DNA from: Mobula hypostoma
Lineage: Eukaryota
Assembly: GCF_963921235.1 (NCBI RefSeq)
Contig: NC_086097.1
Coordinates: 19,532,001-19,596,000 of the forward strand
DNA length: 64,000 bases
Reading direction: 5' to 3'
Of this stretch, positions 1-10,797 are shown one piece after another; the first letter of the stretch is position 1; each line of letters opens with the position of its first letter. The position numbers and the translations under genes were made by a program. The notes under the pieces are model-generated. The model saw only the letters and a list, made by a program, of their open reading frames with translations. It did not search any database and was not told where the DNA came from.

Positions 1-344
1 AGGATTCAGCACTGTCTCCAAAGAGCAAGGCAACAACATCCAAATGGCCCAGTTTTTGTTGGACAAATTAGTGTTTTTACTGGTTCAATTGACTGCCAAT
101 CAACAGAAACCGAACCAACAGCCAAACCTCTTCGACCAGCACAGTAGGTAACTAAGAAAGGTGGTGAATGGACTTCATTTTGGTTTTTGACAAGGTCGCA
201 CATGGTAGACTGCTCCAGAAGGTGAAGGTACAAGCGACCTAAAGCATTCTGGCAAATTGGATCCAAAGTGGGCTTCATGATAGGAGTAGAGCATAGAAGT
301 AGTCATGGTATTGGTACTGGTTTACAATTGTCACATGTTAATCA

Positions 345-815
345 TAAACACAAGAAAATATGCAGATGCTGAAAATCTAAAGTAACACACACAAAATGCT
401 GCAGGAACTCAGCAGGTCAGGTAGTGTCCATGGAAATTATTCAGCTATAGAAAAGAATAATCAGTTGACATTTCAATCTGAGACCCTTCTTCAGAACTGG
501 AAAGGAAGCGGGTAGATACCAGAGTAAAAAGTTTGGGGGGAAGGGGAGGAGGATAGCTGAAAGGTGGTAGGTGAAGTCAGGTGGGTAGGGAAGGTAAGGG
601 GCTGGAGAGGAAGGAATCTGATAGGAAACGAGTGGACCATTGGAGAAAGGGAAGGAGGAGGGGATCCAGGAGGAGGTGATAGGCAGAAGAGAAGAGGTCA
701 GAGTGGGGAAAAGGAGAAGAGGGGAGGAAGAGGATTTTTTTTTCTCTTTTTGCGGAAGGAGAAATTGATATCCACGCCATTAGGTTGGAGGCTACCCAGA
801 TGGAATATAAGATTT
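345..815 (-). mobile_element. Penelope-like element 3' end / pseudo-LTR fragment
   Basis: Same terminal sequence as the PLEs at 20490 and 55028; end of GIY-YIG coding region (ggttggaggctaccc); hammerhead remnant at 462-499. Confidence 0.8.
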
Positions 816-1224
816 TGCTTATATTCTTTCCGGGTAGCATATTGTCTGCATATTGTCATAGGTACCAAGATGCAATAAAAACCCTGTCTTGTATACTGTT
901 CATACCAACCAAATCATTACACAGTGCATCGAGGCAGAACAAGGTAAAACAATAACAATGCAGAATAAAGTATAACAGCTACAGAGAAAGTGCAGTAACC
1001 AATAAAGTTCAAGGAGAAATTGTGAGGTCAGGAGTCCATATTATCCTACATAGACCATTTAATAGTATTTTTAACAGTGGGGTAGAAGCTGCCCTTGACC
1101 CTGGTGGTATGTTCCTCCAGGCTTTTGTATCTTCTACACAATGGAAAAGAGAATGTCTGGGGTGGTGGGGTCTTTGATTATGTTGGCTGCTTTAATGAGA
1201 AAGCTAGACATATCAGAACATTAA

Positions 1225-1850
1225 CATATCAGAGGATCTGTCCTGGGATCTGCACCTAAGTCCCAACACGAAGAAGGCACAACAGCGCTTCTACAGTCTT
1301 GGAGGTTTGTGTGGATTCAGCACGTCACTAAAACCTTGACAAACTTCTATAGATGCACAGCGGAGAGTATCCTGATTGGTTGCACCACAGCCTGGTATGG
1401 AAATGCCAGTGCCCGGGAACACTGATGGAAGTTGCCCAGTTCACCACAGCTGAAGCCCTCTGCACCACTGAGCACCTTTACACAAAGCACTACCACAAGA
1501 AAGCCACACCATCCAGGCCATGCCCTTTTCTCACTAGCACCATCAGGCAAGAAGTACGGAAGCCTTAGGTCCCACACACCTGGGTTCGGGAACCTGCAAC
1601 CATCAAGTTCCTGAACCAAAGTGGATAAGCACATTCACTACTCTGAGCTGATTCTGCGACCTACAGACCAGGTTCGAGCATGCGTTACATCTCATATTAT
1701 TTGTATTTACACAGCTTGTCTTCTTTTGCACATTGGTTGTTTGTCAGTCTTTGTTTCTCTATGGTTTTTCATAAAATTCTATTATATTTTTTCCTATAAA
1801 TGCCTGCAAAAATTGAACCTCAATGTAGTATATGGTAACACGATTTGATT
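1225..1850 (+). mobile_element. Rex/Babar-like LINE 3' fragment (degenerate)
   Basis: Similar to the RT C-terminus at 62333-62881 (HPGHALFSL..SG.KY.SL..HT) followed by 3' UTR. Confidence 0.75.
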
Positions 1851-1851
1851 T

Positions 1852-2235
1852 GGTTCCTTAAGGTTGTTATAGCCAGGGGTGTAGTGGGGATAAGCTCCCA
1901 CTACCTATTAAATGCTCCCAATGGCATGCGGCTCAAATAGTCTCTGACAACCAAATCCAGCTCCTGGCCTTCACACGTGGCCCAGTGGAAGCGTTTCTAC
2001 TGACAGGAGAAGAAACAAAGGCAGGTTACTGGCACCTTAAAACCAGTCGCTTCAGGCAGATGGAGCTCATCAGCTGTGGTTGGCAGCTCATTTAGCAGAA
2101 AGAAAATTCTGATCCCAAAACTCCACTGCCTTCTGGCTAGACCCATTCATGGGGAAGGCTTGGGGAGTAAACCGGAGGAAAAGTCCAAAGCTGGAGCCCT
2201 TAAGGCAGTCCTAGGTTGAGTTCAACGCTGATTGG
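1852..2235 (+). mobile_element. Non-coding retroelement family (probably RTE-related), copy 1
   Basis: Begins ggttccttaaggttgttatagccagggg and is colinear with 45074-45420. Confidence 0.7.
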
Positions 2236-2239
2236 TGTT

Positions 2240-4490
2240 GATGTCAAAAACTCTTGGAGATGAAATGAAATTTAAATGGGGAGAGAATTCAAAGTTCTGA
2301 GATGCAACGGGACTTGGGAGTCCTCGTACAGGATACCCTTAAGGGTAACCTCCAGGTTGAGTCAGTGGTGAAGAAGGCGAATGCAATGTTGGCATTCATT
2401 TCTAGAGGAATAGAGTATATGAGCAGGGATGTGATGTTGAGGCTCTATAAGGCACTGGTGAGACCTCACTTGGAGTACTGTGGGCAGTTTTGATCTCCTT
2501 ATTTAAGAAAGGATGTGCTGACGTTGGAGAGGGTACAGAGAAGATTCACTAGAATGATTCTGGGAATGAGAGGGTTAACATATGAGCAACATTTGTCCGC
2601 TCTTGGACTGTATTCCTTGGAGTTTAGAAGAATGAGGGGAGACCTCATAGAAACATTTTGAATATTGAAGGGCATGGACAGGGTGGATGTGGCAAAGTTG
2701 TTTCCCATGATGGGGGAGTCTAGTACGCGAGAGCATGACTTAAGGATTGAAGGGCGCCCATTCAGAACAGAGATGCGAAGAAATTTTTTTAGCCAGAGGG
2801 TGGTGAATCTATGGAATTTGTTGCCACGGGCGGCAGTGGAGGTCAAGTCATTTAAGGCAGAGATTGATAGGTAATTGAGTAGCCAGGGCATCAAAGGTTA
2901 TGGTGAGAAGGCGGGGGAGTGGGACTAAATGGGAGAATGGATCAGCTCATGATAAAATGGCGGAGAAGACTCGATGGACCGAATGGCCGACTTCTGCTCC
3001 TTTGTCTTATGGTCTTCTGGTCTTATGGTCTTAAAAAGTTCTGGATGATACCTCAAAAGTGGTAAATTTTATTTTACAATGATCAGTTCACTCAAAAATG
3101 TTTTTAAAAACTGCGTGAAAACCTAGATAAAGAGCACAGCAGTGTCCTGCTACACACAGAAATACAGTGACTTAGCAGAGGAAGAGTTCTCACCGGGGTG
3201 TTTGTGCTGAAAGGTGAATTGCGGGAATACTTTCAAGAAAATAATAGGCCCGATTTTGCTGAGTGCTTTGAAGACAAAGAATGGCTGTGGAAACTAGCCG
3301 ACTTTAACAAACATTTTTCATCATATGAACCAATTGAACAAGTCTCTGCAAGGCCCTGGAGAAAATGCTTTGACTTCAAGTGACAAGATTCTTGGATTTA
3401 AAAGGAAACCGAATCTTTGGAAAAATCATGTTGCAAAAGGAGATTTTGGAATGTTTCCACTGCTGCTTGGGCTTGAGAGTGAGGAAGGATATCAGAAAGT
3501 CTTGAGTCCACCTGGAAGAACCGCAGAACAAAATTGAACAGTATTTTTCCTCCCTTTCAACATTAGTGAATGACTGGGTGAGGAACCCTTTCTCTGAATC
3601 TTCTGCTCAGCCTGAGAACTTGACTTTGAGAGAAGAGGAAGAACTTTGAGGGCTGCAGTCTGATCGTGCACTCAAGATGAGATTTACTGACCAGCCCCTG
3701 GATAAGTTCTGGATTTCTGTGAAACAAGTGTATCCTGCCATTCATAGGAAAGCAATGAATATTTTTGCTGCAGTTTTCAACTTCTTACATGTGTAAGCAA
3801 GCTTTTTCTTTTTTAACAAGCATCAAGAGCAAGGTAGAGATTGTCTCACTTCAGTTGAAGGTGAAATCCATGCGTGCGCATCTCAAGTTCAACCCAGAAC
3901 TGAGTATTTATACAACAAAAAACAAGCAGAGGTTTCATGTGCTAGGCCTATGAGCTTGATCATGTCACTTATTAAGAAAATTTTTTTTCAAAGTCTTGTA
4001 TAAGATCATGTATTAGGCTATATTTTCATTGATATTGCTTTGGTTTATGGTTTTTAGTAACTTTACTATTCAACATTGTCAGTAAATTTTCATGTTGCAA
4101 ATAGCATTAATTAAAATCAATTTACAACCTTCATTTAAATTAAATCTACCTTTAGAAAAATTAAATCCCATTTTGGTTAAGCCAGTTATTTAATGGAAAT
4201 TTATTATGTTTGCCTTACGAGTTTTAAAAATTTATGAAAGGGAAAGAAAGAGATTAATTTCAAGGAAGGTAAGCTAAGCTTAATTACCCATTTTTTTCTA
4301 AAAAGGTTGGCTGGAAATTAGTTCTCTCTCAAAAGAGCATTACAATTATTTTGAATTATTATATCTACAACTTAACTGATCACGCTAACATACCGTGAGC
4401 TGTAGGTTTAATCATTTTGACACAGGGGTTCCTTGAGACCTGAAAAATACTTCAAGGGTTCCTCCAGGGCAAAAAGGTTGAGAAAGGCTG
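2240..4490 (+). mobile_element. hAT (Charlie/Buster, ZBED8/SCAND3-like) transposon remnant, interrupted by a CR1
   Basis: Frameshifted peptides KTLGDEMK|KVLDD..KVVNFI, LSRGRVL, MNQLNKSLQG, LDKFWISVK..YP, LQFSTSYMC.QAFS; right end aaaaggttgagaaaggctg at 4490. Confidence 0.85.
2270..3032 (+). mobile_element. CR1 LINE, 5'-truncated
   Basis: RDLGVLV..KKANAMLAFISRG..LYKALVRPHLEYC; RNFFSQRVVNLWN; tail of tcttatgg repeats. Confidence 0.92.
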
Positions 4491-4593
4491 CTTTAAGGGG
4501 TGCGGCTGAATGTCACGAGCAGACCAAGCTCAGTGGTGTGACCATCAGTACTGGACAGTATTCTGACTAGACATCTCATACACACCAAACACA

Positions 4594-6190
4594 GAATCAG
4601 AATCAGGTTTATTATCACCGGCATCTGTCGTGAAATTTGTTAACTTAGCAGCAGCAGTACAATGCAATACATGACAATATAGAAAGAAAAAAATAAGTAA
4701 ACCAATTACAGTAAGTATTTTAACAATGTATATTAAATAGCTAGATTAAAAATAGTGCAAAGCAGAAATGGTATTAAAAAAGTGAAGTGGTGTTCATGGG
4801 TTCAATGTCCATTCAGAAGTCAGATGACAGAGGGGAAGATGTTCTTCCTGAATCACTGAGTGTGTGCCTTCAGGCTTCTGTACCTCTCTCCTGACGGTAA
4901 CAATAAGAAGAGGGCATGTCCTGGGTGATGGGGTCCTTAATGGACACCACCTTTCTGAGGCACTGCTCCTGAAGATGTCTTGGATACTACCCAAGATGGA
5001 GCTGACTCTTTCTTCACCTTCTTTCAGTCCAGGGCAGGAGCACCCCCACCAATACCAGACGGTGATGCAGCCTGTCAGAATGCTCTCCACGGCACATCTA
5101 TACAAGTTTTTGAGTGTCTTAGGTGACAAACCAAACTTCTTCTGACTTGTAATGAAAAATAGCCACTGTCTTGCCTTCTTTATAGCTGCACCAATATGCT
5201 GAGACTAGGTTAGGTCCTCAGAGATCTTGACACCCAGGAAGTTGAAATTCCTCACTCTGCAGTTCTGATCTCTCTATGAGGATTGGTTTGTGTTCCCTCA
5301 TCTTATTCTTTCTGAAGTCTACAATCAGCTCTTTCATCTTACTGACACTGAGTGCAAGGTTGTTACTCTGACACGACTTCACTAACAGGTATATCTCGCT
5401 CCCGTACACCCGCTCATCTCCATCAATACCTCTACCTACAATAGTTGTATCACCAGCAAATTTATAGAAGGCATTTGAGCTATACCTAGCCACACAGTCA
5501 TGGGTAGAGAGAGAGTAGAGCAGTGGGCTAAGCACACACCCCTGAGGTGCACCAGTGTTGATTGTCAGCGAGGAGGATATCTTATCACCAATCTGCACAG
5601 ATTGTGGCCTTCTGGTTAGGAAGCTGAGGATCTGGTTGCAGAGGGAGGTACGGAGCCCCAGGTTCTATGGCTTATCAATCAGGATTGTAGGAATGATGAG
5701 CTATAGTCAACAAACAGCATCCTGACCTAGGTGATTGTATTATCCAAGTGACCTAAGGCCATGTGAAGAGCTATTGAGGTTGTATGTGCTGTCGACCTAC
5801 TGAAGCGCTAGACAAATTGCAGTGAGTCCAGGTCCTTGCTGAGGGAAGAGTTCATTCTACCCATGACCAACCTCTCAAAGCATTTCATCACTGTCGATGT
5901 GACTGTTACTGGATGATAGTTATTAAGGCAGCTCACACTACTCTTCTTGGGCACTAGCATAATTGTTGCCTATTTGATACAGGTGGGAACTTCCAACCAT
6001 AGCAGTGAGAGGTTGAAAATGCCCTTGAATACTCCTGCCAGTTGGTTGGCACAGGTCATCAGAGCCTTACCAGGTACTGCATCGAGGCCTGCCAACTTGT
6101 GAGAATTCCTGAAAGACAGCCTGACATCGGCCTCTGAGACCTGATATCACAGGGTCACCGGGTGCAGCAGGGATCTTCACAGCTGTGGTT
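4594..6190 (-). mobile_element. Rex/Babar-like LINE RT fragment
   Basis: [41 protein letters not shown]; (tctgat)n tail. Confidence 0.88.
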
Positions 6191-6574
6191 ATCTAATAGC
6201 GACAACACAGAAATTGTCAGGTGAGAAACAGGGCTTCTCACTTTTATTATTTCATATTTTATATCTCCACGGGCTTTATCATGATTCACCAAATCCACAG
6301 CATTACAGCTTACAAATCTCTTGGGAGTCTCCTGACTGCAATCTCTGACAATGAAGGGATTTTCTAGAACCAAGGGTCATTGGGCAAGACTTTTCATTTC
6401 ACACAAGGATGTGGGAGTTGAAGGTCAATTTAAATGTTCTAGTTGATGAATTTAAAGTTCACCTCATGTTCTGCTCACTTTCCAATTGACAATAAAGTGT
6501 GGTGGGTGCCAGGCGATCAACTGTGAAGTGAATGGAAGCATTTCAAAGGTCAGACCTGCGGGATAATGGTAAAT

Positions 6575-6868
6575 TTTGGGGCTGCAATTACTGCATGCTT
6601 CACAGTGCCAGCAACGCAGGCTCAGTTCCCACCACTGCCTGAATAGTTACACATTCTCCTTATGACTACTGGGTGCTATGCTTTCTTCCCACATTCAAAA
6701 GACATACAAGTTAGGGTTAGTAAGTTGGGGGCATGCTTTGTTGGCGCTGAAAGCATTATGAAACTTGCGGGCTGACCTCGGCACATTCTCGGACTGCGTT
6801 GGTCATTGATGCAAACAACACATTTCACACTATGTTTCAATGTACATGTGCAGATAAAGCTAATCTTT
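6575..6868 (+). mobile_element. SINE (V-SINE-like), degenerate
   Basis: Core ttcttcccacattcaaaagac..gttagggttag shared with other SINE copies; tail acatgtg..ataaagctaatct. Confidence 0.65.
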
Positions 6869-6954
6869 CTCTTTCTGTGGGGAAGACAAGCCATGCACTT
6901 TCTGGTACATGTCCTGCCTCCATTATCCACCAAGCTCTTGGAAACCTGGAACCA

Positions 6955-7565
6955 TAAAGCCATAAAATCATAAGACATTGGAGCAGAATTAGGCTATTCA
7001 GCCCAACAAAGTTCGCTCAGCCATTCAATCATAGGTATTTCATTATTTCTCTCAACACCATTCTCCTGACTTCTCCCCAAAATATTTGATGCCCGTCACA
7101 CTCCACTTTAAATATACCCAATGACTTGGCCTACACAGAAATCTATGGCAATAACTTCCAGATTCACCATCCTCTGGCTAAAAAAAAAAATTTCTCCTCA
7201 TCCGTTTCAAAGTGACATGCTTCTATTCTGAGGCTGTGCCCTCTGTTCCTAGGCTCCCCCGCTATAGAAACATCCTCTGTACGTTCACTATATCAAGGCC
7301 TTTCAATATTCAATAGTTTTCAATGACATCTCTCCTCATTCTCCTGAACTCCAGTGTGTTTAGGTCCAGTCAATAAACACTCCTCATAAATTAACCATTT
7401 CATTCCTGAGATGACTCTCATGAACCCTCTCCGGAATCGTGCCAACGCCAGAACATCCTTTCATAGATAGGGGCCCAAAACTGCTAACAATATTTCAAGT
7501 GCAATCTGACCATACCTTATAAAGCCTCATCCTTGGTCTTGTATTGTAGGCCTCTCAAAATTAAT
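6955..7565 (-). mobile_element. CR1 LINE 3' fragment
   Basis: Reverse-complement similarity to 2400-3030. Confidence 0.8.
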
Positions 7566-7679
7566 AGCCTTCTGTACCGCTGAACCCTGGTGAAATGTTT
7601 ATTTTACTGTTGACACATCAAACAAGAGTCTGTCAGGTTGCATACTTTCAAACTGGGTTGGGGTTTTACTAGAAAGCTT

Positions 7680-8170
7680 CCTGTTGGACTGGAAATTTGT
7701 AAATGTCACTCCACTCTTTGAGAAGGGAGGGAGGCAGAAGACAGGAACTATCGGCCCATTAGCCTGACCTCTGTGGTTGGGAAGATGTTGGATGAGATTT
7801 CAGAGTGTTTGATAAAATAGGCCAAAGACAGCACAGTTTCATTCAGGAGAAATCTTGCCTGACAGATCTGTTGGAAATCTTTGACAAATAACAGGCCTGA
7901 TGGATGAAGGGAAGTCGGTGGATGGTGTTTATTTGGATTTTCTGGCCTATGATAATGTGCTGCACATGAAGCTGCTGAACAAGAGCCCATGGTATTACAG
8001 GAAAGATACTACCATGGAAAGAAGATTTGCTGATTGGCAGCAGGCAAAGAGTGGGAATAAAGGGAGCCTTTTCTGGTTGGCTGCCAGTGATTTGTGGCGT
8101 TCCGCACGGGTCAGTGTTGGGACTGCTTCTTTTCACGTTATATGTTAATGATCTCTACGATGGAAGTGAT
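7680..8170 (+). mobile_element. CR1 RT fragment
   Basis: [43 protein letters not shown]. Confidence 0.85.
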
Positions 8171-8408
8171 GGTTCTACTGTCATTCCACACATACTTGTC
8201 TTGTATGTGCAAGGACTGGTCTCAAGCCATGGTGATGGTGTGAGGGAGGGGGGAGGCCTCAGGGCTGGTGCGCTCCACTGGGGACAGTGTGGCACAGCAT
8301 CCAGGCTGGCACTGCCCTCCAGTGTTCACTTGGCAGGAGACAGGCTCTATTGTGGTTGACACTGAATCTGAGCAACCATTCTGGTTAGCTACCCTACCCC
8401 CTCTACTA

Positions 8409-8488
8409 CATGGGTTCCCAACCTTTTTTATGCCATAGACTCCAAACATTAACCTAAAGGTCCGTGAACCCCAGCTGGGGGACCCCTG
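8409..8488. mobile_element. 80-bp hAT-type MITE
   Basis: TIR-like ends catgggttccc...gggacccctg; imperfect 8-bp TSD ctctacta/atctatta; same family as 17452-17531. Confidence 0.75.
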
Positions 8489-8581
8489 ATCTATTACCCC
8501 AGCCACTGCACTGTAAACACTTTGAACCACTTTTTACAAAGCTGTTTACATTGTAAACGCATGCTGGCATTTATGTATACT

Positions 8582-8722
8582 GGTCAGTTGGTGACGTAGT
8601 GGCATCTGCACTGGATTATAAGGTTGGTGGTTCCAGGTTCGAATCCAGCCGGCTCCTTGCATGCTTTCCATCTGTGATGGGTTGAGCTAGCAACTGGGCC
8701 TCACAAAAAAACAAATGCTAAA
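8582..8722 (+). mobile_element. tRNA-headed SINE
   Basis: A-box-like tgacgtagtgg and B-box gttcgaatcc; body shared with 17797-18006, 34540-34735 and 46551-46813. Confidence 0.75.
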
Positions 8723-8844
8723 GGTGAGGGGGATGAACAATAATTTATGTATGTATGTACATTTCATTCCATATCTGAACTTTAACCTCTAACTTTACTT
8801 TAACATAATTAATAATTGTTGAATGCTGTTGTTACATGTCATGT

Positions 8845-9100
8845 ACCTTAGCAGTTAACGCAAAGCTATTACAGCATCAGCGTTTGAAGTTCAATCCTGG
8901 CACTCTCCGTAAGGAGTCTCTGGTATGTTCTCCCTGTGGAGTACGTGGATTTGCTCAGGGTGATCCATTTCTTTCTCCCCACGGGCCAACGACGTACCGG
9001 CAGGTTAACTGGTCATTGTAAATCGTCCTGTGATTAGGTTAGGGTTAAATCGGGTTGACAGGGGCCTGAAGGACATACTCCTTCCTGTATCGCCAAATAA
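8845..9100 (+). mobile_element. SINE (V-SINE/HE1-like)
   Basis: Colinear with 40772-41050 (gttcaatcc, ggtcattgtaaat..gtgatta, tgtatc..aataaa). Confidence 0.7.
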
Positions 9101-9244
9101 ACATAACATAAAGAACACTCACAGCCATCTGTTAATAAATGTAATGTACAGCATGAATAAAGTTGATCCTGGATAAGCCCATTTGCAGCCCACAACCATG
9201 GGTCTGTCTCCCCACGAGACCACACTTCTACACCAGCAGGATGT

Positions 9245-9945
9245 CTCAATGTCACAGCAGGCAGAGCTGCTGCCTCCCAGCACCATCTGAATCAGGTTCA
9301 ACCCTGACCTTGGGTGCTGTCTGTGTGGAGTTTTCCCATTCTCTCTGTGACTGTAACCCACTTCTTCCCCCCGTCCCAAAGACACAATACAAATTACGAG
9401 GGATGAGACTTGAACCAGACAGGGGTCACAGGTTAAAAGTGAAATGTTTGAGGGGAACGCGAGTTGGAACTTCTTCACTCAGAGGGTGGTGAGAGTGTGG
9501 AATGAGCTGAACCATTGGCAGAAGTGATGAATGTGGGTTATGTGACCTTTGATAAATGCATGGATGTGGGGAGGAGGGATGTCTATGGTGTGGGGTTGAT
9601 AGGACTAGGCAGTAGCAGCTCAGCATGGAATAGATGGGCTGAATGGTCTGTTTCTGTACTGCTCTCTGTGCAAGTGGTTAAGCTAATTGGCCATTGTAAA
9701 TTGCCCCTAGTGTGTGGGTTGGAGGTAAACTTGTCGAACAGAACGTGCGACTGGCGTGTAATTATTGAATGACTGGTTGATGGTCATTGTGGTAAGACTA
9801 CAACTAGAGGTCATAGGTTAAGGGTAAAAGAGGTGAAATATTTAAGGGGAACATGGCGGGGGGGGGCCTTCTTCGCTCAGTGTGGTGCGAGTGTGAAGTG
9901 GTGAATGCTGGTTTAATTGTAACATTTAAAGAGAAGTTCACACGC
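9245..9945 (+). mobile_element. SINE fragments interleaved with CR1 3' fragments
   Basis: SINE core (gctgtctgtgtggagtt..ccaaagac; taattggccattgtaaattgcccctag) split by a CR1 3' end (aacttcttcactcagagggtggtg). Confidence 0.6.
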
Positions 9946-10797
9946 AGTCTACAGGTCTTTAAACTTTTTTTTAAATTAAATAATGTAGCTGCCATCACCC
10001 AACTGCTTTTCAGTAAGACCAGAGAGTTGGACTAATTGCTGTCAGTTAAAACCTACATTTACAATGAACATAATATACGCAAAAATACAACTCACATGTC
10101 GGATGAGGTACAAAAATATACAGGAAACCTCATGTGCATATTCTGCCAGAATATTATTACATTCAGTATATTAAAAAAATACAACAAAAGTGACTCAGAC
10201 CTAACGACCAGAATCATTTCAGCAGTCAGTGCTTGGATCCATGAGTCAGTTCTCTGGTATCCTTGTATAAAAGAACTCAAACACAGTAACAGTTTCCCTT
10301 TGTGCATCACCTTCCACAGAGCAAACAGCCCCAGATGCTCAAACCAAGTTACATGAGGATGTATTTGGGCAGATAGCCCAAACCATTCTGGTGAGGTAGT
10401 TTTTAATGGGTGGGTTAAAAGGCAGGGAGGAACTGAATTTCCCCAGTAGGCGCTGGCCAGGATGGGAGTTTACTGGTCAGAAGCCTTGGACAAGGTTGGA
10501 GATCCCCGGTTGATCTCAGTTAAGAGCAGGCCAATCCCAGTCAGGGCTGGAGTTTCCTGTGGAAACACTATCAGGGGTGCAATTCGTCTCATTGATCCCA
10601 GTCAGGGCTGGTGTATCCCAATGGACACTCAGGGGGTCAGGGGTCCCGGTGAAGGTTGGAGAATCCTGGTGGAGTCCCGGTTAGCGCTACAGTTTGTCCT
10701 GGTCAGGAACGGACTTGGGTCTGGTTGATCCAGGACAGGGCTGGAGATTCCAAGAGAATCCCAACAGGGCTGGAGTTTCCCTGGCCAGGGCCCCCAG

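Noticed and set aside
6712..9046. TTAGGG occurrences as interstitial telomere
   Set aside because: Only one or two units at a time, part of the SINE core (or of satellite variants elsewhere).
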